In this document: one piece after another, positions 1 to 11,917 of the stretch
How the letters are laid out: each line of letters begins with the position of its first letter
Position numbering within the stretch: position 1 is the stretch's first letter
Source of the DNA: Octopus sinensis
Taxonomy: Eukaryota
Assembly (NCBI RefSeq): GCF_006345805.1
Contig: NW_021833669.1
Location: 1-60,202, forward strand
Reading direction: 5' to 3'
Length of the DNA: 60,202 nucleotides
Notes under the pieces: generated by a model
Databases searched by the model: none
What the model was told of the DNA's origin: nothing
The model's input: only the letters and a program-made list of their open reading frames with translations
Made by a program: the position numbers and the translations under genes

Positions 1-590
1 TTGAGGATCGCTTTCGCGAACACATCAGAAGCATAATGCTACGAATACCAGGCCAAACAGTCGCCACCCACTTCAACGCTATGAACCATTCCATTGCGGA
101 TCTATCTGTGTATGGCCTGGCCTTGCACCACGGACCCTGCTTCTCGAGGAAACAAAAGGAGCAACGTCTCATATTTGATCTTGGCACTATATCTCCAACA
201 GGTATGAAAAAACATTTTTCTTTTCATCCTTTCACCTCCTCTTAATTCTTTTTTTACACCTTTTAATCCCCTTCCACCCTTTCTCTGCAACATTCCTGTA
301 TTTACTTACCTATACTCTCTCCATTCTCCTTTTCCTTCTCCTTTCTGAACGTCCTCTCCTATAACTTCTGTTTCACCTTAGAAGCCCGTGTTATTCTGCG
401 TCCATTATCAGTTGCAGCCAGTTTTTCAAGGTGAGAGGATGCAAACTCTTTTTTCTCTTTTTCTCTACCCCCTGACAAAGGATTGAATCCGAAACGTTGG
501 ATATTCCACTCCTCACTGCAAGTTCACGTTTTTCTATATTTTTTCCAAGTCTTGCTGATGCAGATCTACTAGATTATTGCCTGATTATAT
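1..590 (+). mobile_element. Penelope-like element 3' end (GIY-YIG endonuclease C-terminus plus 3' UTR/pseudo-LTR)
   Basis: Frame 3..245 reads EDRFREHIRSI...VATHFNAMNHSIADLSVYGL...EQRLIFDLGTISPTGM. This matches the R..EH / HF...H / EQ.LIF.LGT..P.G pattern of PLE GIY-YIG domains. A pyrimidine-rich UTR with a hammerhead-like core follows. Confidence 0.85.
470..500 (+). ncRNA. Degenerate minimal type I hammerhead ribozyme of the PLE pseudo-LTR
   Basis: CTGACAA (472-478; G8>A relative to CUGANGA), stem II GGAT/ATCC (480-483/487-490), GAAAC-GTT (491-498, palindromic ACGT helix III). Helix I has only 2 bp, so this copy is probably inactive. Confidence 0.6.
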
Positions 591-592
591 AT

Positions 593-673
593 GTAGAAGA
601 CACTTGCCCAAAGTGCCACGCAGTGGGACTGAACCCGGAACCATGTGGCTGGTAAGCAAGCTACTTACCACAG
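593..673 (-). mobile_element. tRNA-derived CORE-SINE, 5' head fragment
   Basis: Minus strand reads ...GGTTCCGGGTTCAGTCCCACTGCGTGGCACTTTGGGCAAGTGTCTTCTAC (B-box plus CORE-like CTTGGGCAAGT). Same family as 27320-27470 and 42022-42492. Confidence 0.85.
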
Positions 674-815
674 TAAGTAAAATTGTGATGATGCTGATGG
701 CGCTACCCCAGTGGTGCAAAACCAGAACCAGATGGTTTGAAACTCTAAAAATAGTATATTTTAAAAATGGTAGATTACCGTTCGTTTCTTTCAATTATCT
801 GAGCAATTTGGAGCA

Positions 816-819
<4 letters not shown>

Positions 820-885
<66 letters not shown>

Positions 886-905
886 AACACATACACACAC
901 ATACA
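820..905. repeat. (CA)n microsatellite
   Basis: Direct sequence. Confidence 0.98.
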
Positions 906-1156
906 TATGCACAAAGGCAAAGAAAATTATTCGCAAATTACTCTCAGTCACGCCATGTTGGCTTCGTAAATCTGCATAAAATTTGTTTGAAAAGCCATCA
1001 TAAACATATTTTTACTGTTCAATGCTAATTTAAGCATTTCTAAAAAGAAAATCAAACACACTTCAATATTCAAACCAATAAATCTGCACTAAAAAGAGCA
1101 CAGAGCTTGTATTATCACATCGATTTCCTACGACAGTATCGCGGTCGTATATGACA

Positions 1157-1303
1157 ACAGTATCATCATCGTCATCGGCAGCAAATGCAGAACCAGCAGC
1201 CGCAGAAGGAGCAAAGCGAGCAGTATTTCCGCGATTCCATTCAACAACATTGACATCATTTCCGTCATCATCATCATCGTCATCATCATCATCATCATCA
1301 TCA

Positions 1304-1340
<37 letters not shown>

Positions 1341-1365
1341 GTCGTCGTCGTCCTCGTCATCGTCG

Positions 1366-1397
<32 letters not shown>

Positions 1398-2042
1398 GTC
1401 GTCGTCTTCGCCTTCGTCATCGTCGTCATCATCATTCTCGTTGTCGTTGTCGTTGTCGTCATCATCGTAGTCATCGTCATCATCGTAGTCATCGTCATCA
1501 TTGTCATCGTCGTTATAATCATTATCATCATAATTGTCGTCGTCGTCGCCGTTGTCGTCGTCATCGTCTTCGAAGTTGTTACTGTCGTTATCGTCATCAC
1601 CGCCGTCGCCGTCGCCGTCTCATCACCGTCGTCATTGTCATCATTATTGTTATCATAATCATCGTCGTCATCATTCACTTCGTTGTCGCTGTCGTTATCA
1701 TCATCTTCGCCGTCATCGTCGTCGTCGTTGTTGTCCTCGTCGACGTAATCGTCCTCTTTTTCGACGTCGCCGTTTGTCAACGTTTGTAAAACAATCATCA
1801 TCATCATCATCATCATCGTCGTCATCATCATCATCATCATCATCATCGTCATCATCATCGTCATCATCATCATCGTCATCATCGTCATCGTCGTCATCAT
1901 CATCATCATCATCACCATCAGTATCACCAACAATAACAACATCATCAACAACAACGACAACGATGAAAACAACAACAACAACAACAACAACAGCAACAAC
2001 AACAACAACAGCAACAACAACAACAACAGCGACAACAACATA
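1157..2042. repeat. Compound trinucleotide tract (CAT/CGT/TGT then AAC/AGC)
   Basis: Direct sequence; source of the poly-S/H/R/M/D ORFs. Confidence 0.97.
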
Positions 2043-2411
2043 AGGGGCGGTAGAAGAAGCAGCAGCTTTGTTACTGTTCCGAACAATATCAATTATACCA
2101 AAACAGAAAAGAAAGAAAAATAAAGAAGAGCTAAATAGAAAGTAGATTTTAGTTGTTTACAATATATTTTGAACAATAAAATAATACACAAAAATATAGA
2201 AAGACAAAAAAAGAAAGAAAGGTAGCGCAAATATTTAGGAGTCAAAATATATTGTAAATAACACAAATACAAGAAATATTTAGAGCCAAAACAATACTAG
2301 CGCATACGTATGCATGTACAAACATAGACTTATGCACGACGACATACACATGCGCGCGCACATGCATGCACATGAAATATATTCATAATAATATAATACA
2401 CACATACATAC

Positions 2412-2484
<73 letters not shown>

Positions 2485-2513
2485 AAAAGGAGATGTGTGA
2501 ACACGAGTTGTGA

Positions 2514-2668
2514 TATATAAAAAAGGAAATGAAGAAAATCTGACAAAATAAGTTAAGTAATTTAAGTAATTTTAATTAGGTGAAAGTTCTTTTTACCGGT
2601 TGCGCATTTGCGCTTTACTTAAATTACTTAAATTATTTTGTCAGCATTTCTTCATTTCCTTTTATATA
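2514..2668. repeat. Foldback/MITE-like inverted repeat, ~55 bp arms, in (TA)n
   Basis: AAAAGGAAATGAAGAAA..TGACAAAATAA..TTAAGTAATTTAAGTAA is mirrored by TTACTTAAATTACTTAA..TTATTTTGTCA..TTTCTTCATTTCCTTTT. Spacer ~45 bp; TA flanks. Confidence 0.85.
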
Positions 2669-2744
2669 TATATCTATATATATATATAATATATATATTA
2701 CATACATACATATATGTGTGTGTGTTTTTCAGTGTGTGTCTGTG

Positions 2745-2912
2745 TGAGTGTGTGTGTGTTTGTTTGCCATCATGGCTTGACAACCAGTGTTGGTACATTT
2801 AAGTCTCCGCATCGTAGCGATTCAGCAAAAGAGACCGATAGAATAAGTTTCAGAGTTTAAAAATATAAGTACTAGTCGATTAGTTCGACCCAATTTTTTC
2901 AAGCCGATGCCT
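2745..2912 (+). mobile_element. CORE-SINE 3' tail fragment
   Basis: CTTGACAACCAGTGTTGG...GCAAAAGAGACCGATAGAATAAG is shared with 40015-40262 and 56905-57052. Confidence 0.8.
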
Positions 2913-2979
2913 CAAATACATACACACACACACACAAGCTCGCACACACACACATATACATATATATATATGCGCACTC

Positions 2980-3700
2980 TTAACCTTTCTGTCCCATCCC
3001 TTTCTTAGCCTTCATTCTTTGATTTCCTTTTCCTCTACTTAACTTGTCTCTTCCTCTCTCCCATTCTTCACTCTCTCTCTCCCCCTCTCAATTCTTCAGG
3101 GTTTCCTCGCAGCCATTCCCCTTCTTCTCTCCCTTTCTCTTGCTCCTCCTCCCCCCTTCCCGTCGTTCACCCGCGACGTGACTTCCGATGCTGTCTCTCT
3201 GGCTTGGCCCTCTCAAGGTAATGGACGACATTCTTTTTGCGCCGCTCGTCGTTCATAAAAAATTCCGCGTTCGCAATACTTTTTTTCGTTCGGCGTTAAC
3301 AGCCCTTCTTATCTCGTTTTTCCTTGTCCTGTCTTTTACTGTTTATAATTTGTACTGTCGTTACTGTCCTGTTTTTGTTACCATTTTTTACCCCTCTGCG
3401 AAAAGATCTCAGAATTTTAATTGATTTGCTTTTCGCAGGAAGGAAAGTTTCTTGTCGAAGATACGTCTCGCTTTTATCCTTCGAAACGTAGAGTAGATGA
3501 AACCATAGCGACTGAAGAAGGGATTTTTTCTTTGTGTTAATTGTCCTCTACTCTATATTTTTGCTGTTTTTAAAAAAATGTCCAGTTCCTTTGGTTTGTG
3601 TCTATGTTTTCGTTTCTCATTGTGTTCAACGTCCTTTTGGTGTCCTGTACTCATATATGCGTGTATATGTACATGTAGAGGTAGGTACGTACATATATTT
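2980..3700 (+). mobile_element. Non-coding interspersed repeat, probable distant relative of the family at 16021-17640
   Basis: Same layout: pyrimidine tract, CGTGAC motif, GT-rich segment, GACTGAAGAAGGG (3510-3522), microsatellite flanks. It contains the 10-bp hairpin CTGCGAAAAG/CTTTTCGCAG (3396-3405/3429-3438). Confidence 0.5.
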
Positions 3701-4074
3701 TTATATATATGCATATGTCTAATTTATTTATTAATATATATATATATAATATAATATCATAATAAGAGTAAATAATTTCTATATTATATTATATTATATT
3801 ATATTATATTATATTACTAATTGGATTTATTACTCTTATTATTATATTACTAATTGGATTTTTCACTCCCTTACGACAACCCATAATTCCTACCCCTATG
3901 GAACTATTTTTGTAATGCGCATGGCAAAATTTTGGATGGAAGATTTACGAATTCAAACGTCTATGTAGGTTTAGCCTATGCTCGCTTTCTTCAACTATTT
4001 TGATGTCGCATGGTCAGAAAGTTCGAGGTACGTAGCATTTGATAAATCTATGATAAATCTATTTCAAAGGAAAG

Positions 4075-4163
4075 CTGCGCTGAAGATGGATGTGAAATAT
4101 ATATGCAATATATATGAAATATATATTCAATATGTTTATAATCCAGAAACATGATGTTCACAG
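4075..4163 (+). ncRNA. Type I hammerhead ribozyme, near-intact core
   Basis: Helix I CTGCG/CACAG (1 mismatch), CTGAAGA (4080-4086), stem II TGGAT/ATCCA (4087-4091/4141-4145), GAAA (4146-4149), helix III ACA/TGT, GUU triplet (4156-4158). Confidence 0.75.
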
Positions 4164-5131
4164 ATAACCGCCAGACTTCGTTTTCGTTATCTATTCCTTC
4201 TGTTTTGCATATGTGAATTACAGGGTATGTCGTGTGTGGAGCCCCACTTGTAGAAAATAGAAATAAACAGTCTTGACTGCTATTTCTAATTTTTTTGTAT
4301 GCGGCCAAGCAATCTGTTGCCTGTCCCTTTTTCTTATATACAGTATATATATATATATATATATATACATACAGAGAGAGAGAGAGAGAGAGCAGTAGCA
4401 GATATGTAGTAGATATATACATATATACATACATACATGCATATATACATACTACATACATACATACATACATACATACATACATACATACATACATACA
4501 TACATAAATACATACATACATACATACATACATACATACATAAAAAAAGCTAATTCGAAGACTACAGTTGCAATCCTTCACTAGAATTGTGAAAATCTGT
4601 AAAACTATCCAGAAGTTTATCATTTAAATATATATGAGCACGTCTAGATATGCAACTATATGCATGAGAATACATACATAAAACATACAAATCTACACAT
4701 ACATACATAAATACATAAAAAAGCCTGTCGTTGATGTTGAAATTCCCAAAGTGCAGCAATATCACGCCAATATCGTCCTTTTTTGTTAGAACATTGCATT
4801 GTTGCTTAGCTCTAATCCAACCGTGACAATTCATTTTTAGAATCTTTGTGGTTTTCGTGACCGTTTACAATTACGTTTAAAACAATTTTTTTTAATGTAT
4901 CATGTAAATGTAACTTTTGACGTTGAAGTTGCTGTTCATTTAACCTGGAAAATCTTTTCAAAAATGCTACAGGTATTCAAAGTTTCAGAATTTTCAGAAT
5001 TTTCGGCCAATCTGAAAACAGTACGTTCGCTGCCTCTTCCATCATCAGGGGAGGGGGTGGCATCAGCATGTCAAAACACTAAACTTGGATTTTATAAAAT
5101 AAGTTATCTTTCTCATATCCCCTTCTCCTTG

Positions 5132-5262
5132 TGCGCATGCGCAGCGTCTTTGGTTACTATGGAAACCGTTCTTTGCAATCAGCTATGCAAACGTGGTGCT
5201 TCTTTGCTTTGGAAATAGAAATTTTCGCCAGGGTGATATGTAAAATACGCGCTTCTGATTGG
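5132..5262. promoter_or_regulatory. Cluster of NRF1-like palindrome, RFX X-box and CCAAT box
   Basis: TGCGCATGCGCA (5132-5143), GTTACTATGGAAAC (5153-5166), CTGATTGG (5255-5262). Motif matches only; probably inside a repeat. Confidence 0.35.
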
Positions 5263-5569
5263 CCAAAATACCTAAATTTTGCAAATTTTAAAGGCTAATA
5301 ACTTTTTAATTATGGATTTATATGGAAAATGAATTTCATTTTCATAATTAGTATACAAAACTTAATCCATATACCAAATTTGAAAACAACTGGAAACAAA
5401 AAATTGTAAACAGCGACGAAAACCGCAAAGATCCCATTTTTCTTTTTCGTTTCAAATGATTGTTCATCCAGCACTGAATTATACGAATTCAATTTTCTCC
5501 TCTTCTGACAGTAAAGGGTCGTTCCGAAATTTAGTTCATAATGACTTTCCTCATTGTCTCATATATTTT

Positions 5570-5583
5570 GCTGCTGCTGTTGT

Positions 5584-5653
<70 letters not shown>

Positions 5654-5760
5654 ACTGCTACTGCTACTGCTGCTGCTGCTTTTGATGATGATGATGATGA
5701 TGATAATATCGCTGCTGCTTATACTGCTGCTGATGATGACGATGATTTTCAGTTTTCTCA
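5570..5760. repeat. Compound (ACT)n/(GCT)n/(GAT)n tract
   Basis: Direct sequence. Confidence 0.97.
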
Positions 5761-5984
5761 TTGGCTCGTTTGTGTTGTTTGTTTTTGTTGCTGTTGTTTC
5801 TGTCGCTGCTGCTGTTTCGTCAAATATATGAACCCACATTATGCACAACTATAATCAAATGTAGCCTAACCTTAAGACCATCTTGTCTTTCTTATAGCAT
5901 GAATTATTTAATCCATCCTTCCTTGGTTACGTCAGTGATCTGAGAGAAACAGCAGCTGTTTTTAGCTCATCGTATTGTTTTTGT

Positions 5985-6699
5985 TACTAGTGGTGGCGGT
6001 AGTGGTGGTGGTGGCGGTAGTGGTGGTGGTGGTGGTGGTGGCCTTGGTGATCGTCGTCGTCGTCGTTGTTGTGGTAGCTTTGACATTTGCTTGCAGAGCT
6101 GATATAATTATATATTTATTTATGGCGGCAAACTGGCAGAATCGTTAGCACGCCAGGCAAAATGTTTAGCGGCATTTCGTCCACCTTGACGTTCTGAGTT
6201 CAAATTCAGCCGAGGTCGACTTTGCTATTCATTCTTTCGGGATCGATAAAATAAGCACTGAGATGAATGTAATTCGTTCGTTATGTTTTGTTGCTTATTG
6301 GCTGTGGTCGTGGTTGTTGTTGATTTTGGTGGTATTGGTGGTAACGTGATATTCATGGTAACCATTGTGGTGGTGGTGGTGGTGACGGTGGCAGTTTTGA
6401 TAGTGGTGGTGGTGTTGGAGGTGAAGTAGTGATGGTGGTGGTGGTGGTGGTGGTGGTGGTGTTAGTGGTGTTGGTGGCCGTGGGGGCGGCGTTAGTGGTG
6501 TCAGTGTCGGTGGTGCTGCTGGTGGCCGGGGAGTAATGATCGTAGTGGGGATGGGTAGCAGTTTCTGATGGTAGGAGTGACCGTGTCGGTGAAGATAACA
6601 GGTGGCGTTGTTACCGGTGCTTAGTGACTTTGTTTGTGATAATGGGGATGTTGGTAGACGTCGTGAAGAGGTGCTTGGGAACTGGGTGCTGGTGGTGGT

Positions 6700-6743
<44 letters not shown>

Positions 6744-6814
6744 ACAGTAGTAAGAGCAGCAGCAGTAGTAATAGCAGTAGCAGCAGTAGCAGTAGGAGTA
6801 GCTGCAGCAGTAGC

Positions 6815-6848
<34 letters not shown>

Positions 6849-7260
6849 ACAGCAGCAGCTGAAGCAACAGTAGAAGCAGCAGCAGCATTAGTAGTAGTAG
6901 TAGTAACAGCAGCAGCAGTAGTAGTAGTAGTGGTGGTGCTGGTGCTGGTGCTGGTGATGGTTGTACCAGCAGTAGTAGTGGTTGCAGCAGCAACAGCTGC
7001 AGTATTAATAGTAGTAGTAGTAGTAGTAGTAGTAGTAGCAGCAGCAGCAGCAGCTGCTGCTGTAGTGTTGGAAGTAGTGGTGCATGTCTTAGCAAAAATA
7101 TTAATGGTGATGAGGTAAACATGGTGCGAAGTACTGCCAGCAGCGGCGGCGGCGGCGGCGGTGGTCGTCGTGGTCGTGGTGGTTTTCATGGTCGTGGTGG
7201 TCGTGGTCGTGGTGGTCGTGGTCGTGGTGGTCGTGGTCGTGGTGGTCGTGACGCAGTAGC
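5985..7260. repeat. G/T-rich compound triplet tract (GGT/AGT/AGC/CGT), interrupted by a SINE
   Basis: Direct sequence. Confidence 0.95.
6122..6280 (+). mobile_element. tRNA-derived SINE with Deu/Nin-like central domain
   Basis: GGCGGCAAACTGGCAGAATCGTTAGC...GAGTTCAAATTC (B-box)...GAGGTCGACTTTGCTATTCATTCTTTCGGGATCGATAAAATAAG. Confidence 0.88.
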
Positions 7261-7339
7261 ATGTTATGTAAGGCCACTCACAGTAATAAATCACACAAGA
7301 CACAAGTCTAATGAATAAAACAATTTGCAGTTTATACAA

Positions 7340-7640
7340 CGGCATTTGTCATCACTGTCATCGTCATCATCATCATCATCATCGACATCATCATCACCAC
7401 TACCATCATCATCGTTGACGTTGCTCATCGTCATCGTCGTGAACGTCAGCTTCAACAGCATCAGCAATGTCATCATCGCCGTCATCATCGTTATCATTAT
7501 CATCGTCTTCTTCATCTCCCACACCGTCAGTCATCATCGTCATCATCATCATCGTCACCACTACCACCACCACCACCATCATCATTATTACCACCACTAC
7601 TACTACCACCACCACCATCATCATCATTGTCGTCGTCGTC

Positions 7641-7698
<58 letters not shown>

Positions 7699-7794
7699 CC
7701 ACCACCACTACCACCATCATCATTATTACCCCCACTACTACTACTACCACCACCACCACCACCACCACCACCACCACCATCGTCGTCGTCGTCG

Positions 7795-7837
<43 letters not shown>

Positions 7838-7860
7838 TGCTGTTATCGTCATTAGTGTTA
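7340..7860. repeat. Compound (CAT)n/(CAC)n/(TAC)n tract
   Basis: Direct sequence. Confidence 0.97.
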
Positions 7861-8181
7861 GTAACAAAGGGCAGTTTCATCCTTCTGTCCATCATCATAT
7901 ATTCATCAATACTATTAATTTCGTTGCCGTGTTTGTTTTTGGATTGGGTTAATTTTACTCCCGTTGCCGTCGCTGCACTTGGCTGTTTTTACAGTCGTTG
8001 TTGTTTAACGTAAGGGTAAATATAAAAAAAAGAAAACAAGACCCCTGAATGAAAGAAAGAAATGGATTGGCTTAGAAATTATAGTCGATGCGATTGTAAA
8101 AGATTTTTGTTGATGTTCTACTTGTTCTTGTTGTTTAAGAATTTAAAATTAAAGACTAAGGAAAAGTTAAGTTGACAAACT

Positions 8182-8507
8182 GGTGGTACTCCGTCGGTTA
8201 CAACGCCGAGGGTTCCAGTTCATCCAACCAAAATATGGAACAGCTTGAAATTATCAGTTTCTGAAATTATCGTGCAAGTGGCTGGGCACTTCACACACGC
8301 GAGTACCTTTAACGTAGCTCTAAGGGACATTGAGCATAGCACAGAATGTGACAAAGCTGGTCCCCTTAAAATGCAGATACAATTCAGTTTTGCCAGTTAA
8401 GTAAACTGGAGCAACGTGAAATAATTGCCTTGCTCAAGGACACAACGAGCCGTCGGGAATCGAACTCCCGACTTTATGATCGTGAGTCGAATACCCTAAC
8501 GACTAAG
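8182..8507 (-). mobile_element. tRNA-derived SINE (head, central domain, LINE-like tail)
   Basis: Minus strand: GGAGTTCGATTCCCG (B-box), GTTGTGTCCTTGAGCAAGGC..TTTCACGTTGCTCCAG as in 31193-31452, ending CTGGAACCCTCGGCGTTGTAACCGACGGAGT. Confidence 0.75.
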
Positions 8508-8875
8508 TTGTTAGAATTTGTTTCTTAGTTTTTGTTTCTTCCTTGATATTACGAAATTCTTAAAATTTCTAGTTAATGGCAATATATCATTCTTTTTAGA
8601 AGTGACCAGCATGACATAATCGGAAGTATATTAATCATACTTTTTATGAAGATAGCCATTTCTCATGTATAGTCTACGGGTAATTTGTGGATTTTCTGTT
8701 TATTGGAAGAGTAACTTATTAAAGGAACTTCCCCATCATTTGAATTTTCAAATAGTTGGTGTCCTTAGGAATATATATCCCACTTGACTTGATACATACA
8801 TACATACATACATACATACATACATACATACATACATACATACATACATACATACATACGTACGTACAGACACAT

Positions 8876-8940
<65 letters not shown>

Positions 8941-9068
8941 TTGATATAGATATATAGATATGTATGTACGTATATATGTACATATATCTTTATACACATA
9001 TATACATATATATATATATACATATACATACACACACATAAATATATATATGTGTGTGCGTGTGTGTA

Positions 9069-9275
9069 GGATACTCCCTCGCCATATCGCGGTTCACCTA
9101 TCGCAGTTCACCTATTCAGGTTTATTATTGAAGCTTACGTCGATTGCTCCGTGGTGTTGCCTTGCATTTATGATAAAATGAATATCTACAAATTATAAAA
9201 ATAATAATAATAAAGTATACAGTACTGTTTCTACTTCGCGGAATTTCACTTACCGCGATGGCCGAGCGATTACTG
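9069..9275. mobile_element. Tigger/pogo-like MITE
   Basis: Left end (GG)ATACTCCCTCGCCATATCGCGG and right end CCGCGATGGCCGAGCGATTACTG form imperfect TIRs; TA on both flanks. Confidence 0.7.
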
Positions 9276-9310
<35 letters not shown>

Positions 9311-9319
9311 ATGTGTGTG

Positions 9320-9790
9320 TATTAGAAGAAAACACCGAGTGCTTCGACAAGATTTCAACCTATTAAGCTCAGTATCTCTCCACACGGTGGGTCCGCCACA
9401 GCTGGACATATTGCGTTGCAACCAGACTCATGACAGTTCTGTGACCTTACATGCATTCACAAACCTCCTGGTAATCCAAACACTGCCCTCAACTGCTTCC
9501 TCTCCTCATTCTTTGATGGTCTTCAGATACACCTGCCACCTTCAGAAACCTTCTAAGAGAAGCTGCTGGGAAACCCCTGCAGACGACCTCGAACGCAACC
9601 AGCTCACAGATGTAACCCTTCTCCCGAATCTCAGCTATCAGCTCTTCATAGCCCAACACCTTCCGTTCATGGGCCTCAGCAATGCTCTCCTTCCATGGCA
9701 CAGTAAGCTCCCCAAGGACCACACGTTTTGACTCTCATCTACCAAAACCAGGTTAGGCCGGTGTGCTGACACAACGATGCTTTCAGGCAA
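9320..9790 (-). mobile_element. 3' fragment of a REL-endonuclease non-LTR retrotransposon (HERO/R2-like)
   Basis: HRPNLVLVDESQ, frameshift, then VLGELTVPWKESIAEAHERKVLGYEEL...FEVVCRGFPAASL. This corresponds to the RPD..ELTVPW..E..K..Y..EVGCRG signature of the PD-(D/E)xK domain. Confidence 0.85.
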
Positions 9791-10299
9791 TGGCTTGTCT
9801 ATTTACAATTCTGCCAACACATCTTCAGGTTCTTTTTCAAAATATTGTTAATCTAATTTTACATCACCTTAAAATTAAGTGTTAAATCAAACATTAGATT
9901 AAACATAAAAAATTAAAATTATACTTTATAAAGTTAAGAATTAAAGATTATAGATTATAGATTATATATTATAAAGATGAATTAGTATACATTTATCAAA
10001 CTTATGCAATCAAGTATATAATGTCAAATACAAAATATAAGATATAAAATATACATCAGAATATAAGTATCTGTGAATAAATGTGAAAAACAACATAAAA
10101 AGTGTAAATACATATCCTCCTATGGTGGAACCAAGATGTCTTTCAAAATGGCGATTAGAGGAAGTGAAGATAGCAGAGGACTATGGGAATAAATAGGTGA
10201 TTAGTACCAAGGGAGCAATTACACTATTATTATCTTCAATCTAACTATGTTGAGGGATATATATAATTTGTATTATATAATTTTTAGTACTATTTTATT

Positions 10300-10600
10300 T
10301 ATTTATTTAATTATTTATATAATCTATTCAAGTGCTGTAGAAATCAAAAGTCTGTGGTTATTTCATTCAGGTTGGGGGTCAGTATTTCATTTTATTGAAA
10401 GTAAAATTACTTTTGTGTCTACATTTGACTCCTCGTTCGTCGTATGTGTTTAGTAATTTATCTGTAGACTGTAGTATTTTCATAAATTCTGTTATACATA
10501 ACAAACACATTTTATTCCCAATATTATAAGAGTGGGCTCTACCTATTATACTCCAAGGGAGTAATCTCTTTTTATAGATTTTAATTCTCATATATGTTTA
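10300..10600 (-). mobile_element. Penelope-like element, GIY-YIG C-terminus with CxxC...CxH tail
   Basis: LPWSIIGRAHSYNIGNKMCLLCITEFMKIL...LLNTYDERGVKCRHKSNF (ORF 10379-10591). Homologous to 14911-15150 and 25600-25830. Confidence 0.8.
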
Positions 10601-10776
10601 CTTAAACCTGTGGAATTACTTAAATTATGATTTTTGAAAGTCTGGTATATATATATATATATATATATACATAAGAAAATGGAGCATTTGAAACATCCAA
10701 ATCAGTTTATTTACATAGCAGTCGATTACGTAAGTCTTACGATCATTTCAATATCCGCCTTCGTTCATTTTACAAT

Positions 10777-10820
10777 TAACAATTGCTTTATGAATTCAGA
10801 AGACCGAAATCATGTCAGGG
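10777..10820 (-). ncRNA. Decayed minimal hammerhead ribozyme
   Basis: Minus strand: CTGACA-[TGATTTCGG TCTT CTGAATTCA hairpin]-TAAA-GCAATTGT-TA. Both core boxes are mutated; the self-complementary helix III is typical of dimerising PLE hammerheads. Confidence 0.4.
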
Positions 10821-11917
10821 TCAAAATCGTCATATTACTTTTACACCCTAATAGATTGAGCGTTCATTACCGACTGGGATAGCAGCATGGGTTTTTAGTG
10901 TGTGTGTGTGAGTGTATGTCAGCGTCTGTCTTTACGCTTAATTATTCCCTGTTTCTTCTTTCTATATGTATATGCGCGTGCATGCATGTGTGTGTATGTG
11001 AGAGAGATAGAGAGAGAAAGAGAGAGAGAAAATGAGAGAGGGAGGGGGTTATTTGTCTTTGGAATTCTTTTCTAAAAGTAGCCACAAAGTTTGATGACAG
11101 CAGGACAGTAGTGAGCTGATGTCTTGGATAATTTTAGGTCAAATACTACCATGCCCCTCATATTATTTATATTGTTTTTTTTTTTGTTGGCCTTTTAGGT
11201 CGTGAAAAAAAGCTATACAATATATATATTCATATACTATTTATTTTTCAGTATCCAAATCCACTTATTTTATTTCTCTTAGTTTAACTAAATTTAGTGA
11301 ATTTTCATTTAATGATACCATTTATTTATCTTTCATTTTCTAGGTTTATTAGTTTTATTGGTGTTTAATGTTAATGCTTGTCAACTTCTAAATTTATTTA
11401 TTTCAATAGGGGCGTGATTTTTCTTGTATCAGATGCATAATGCTAAATTTTAATTATAGGTTTATTTTAATTAGTGAGTTTACATTTCACCATAAGAGTT
11501 ATTCCTACGAATATTCAATTTTATTCAATTTTATCATAGATTGTTTACCTATATATAGTTTATTCAACATTATTAAAAAGATTATTAAGATTATTAAATA
11601 TATTTATGCATAGACATATACCCTCACATATTATCTTTAATCTGTGCATTTATATATACACCTACATATATGCACGCACGTATATATATACACGCACACA
11701 CATTCGTGCGCGTGTACTCCCCACCACATACACATACACACACTCATATTTCAGTTATGAATCCAATTCCTCCATATAATTAGTTAATATAATTATTGAT
11801 TTATTTAGGTGTATTAGCTGATCGTAAGAGTTACACATCGTATTCTTCCAATAGGATTATTATTATAACCATTTTTGACATTGGTTGATTCACATCATGC
11901 TTCTAGAATTATATTAT

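Noticed and set aside
1151-2092. Long ORFs (212-263 aa) rich in His/Arg/Ser/Met/Asp, and similar ORFs at 5456-7952, 33203-33650, 55939-56723 and 57349-58805
   Set aside because: Open in several frames and on both strands purely because of triplet repeats; no domain, no splice structure.
3470-3525. CCTTC-GAAACGTA...CTGAAGA-AGGGAT read as a type II hammerhead (similar layout at 36860-36895)
   Set aside because: The available pairing consumes the core GA, and helix I cannot be formed.
5000-5048. Minus-strand CTGATGA...GGCC-GAAA
   Set aside because: Stem II is only 2 bp at its base and helix I is unsupported; at best a very decayed hammerhead.
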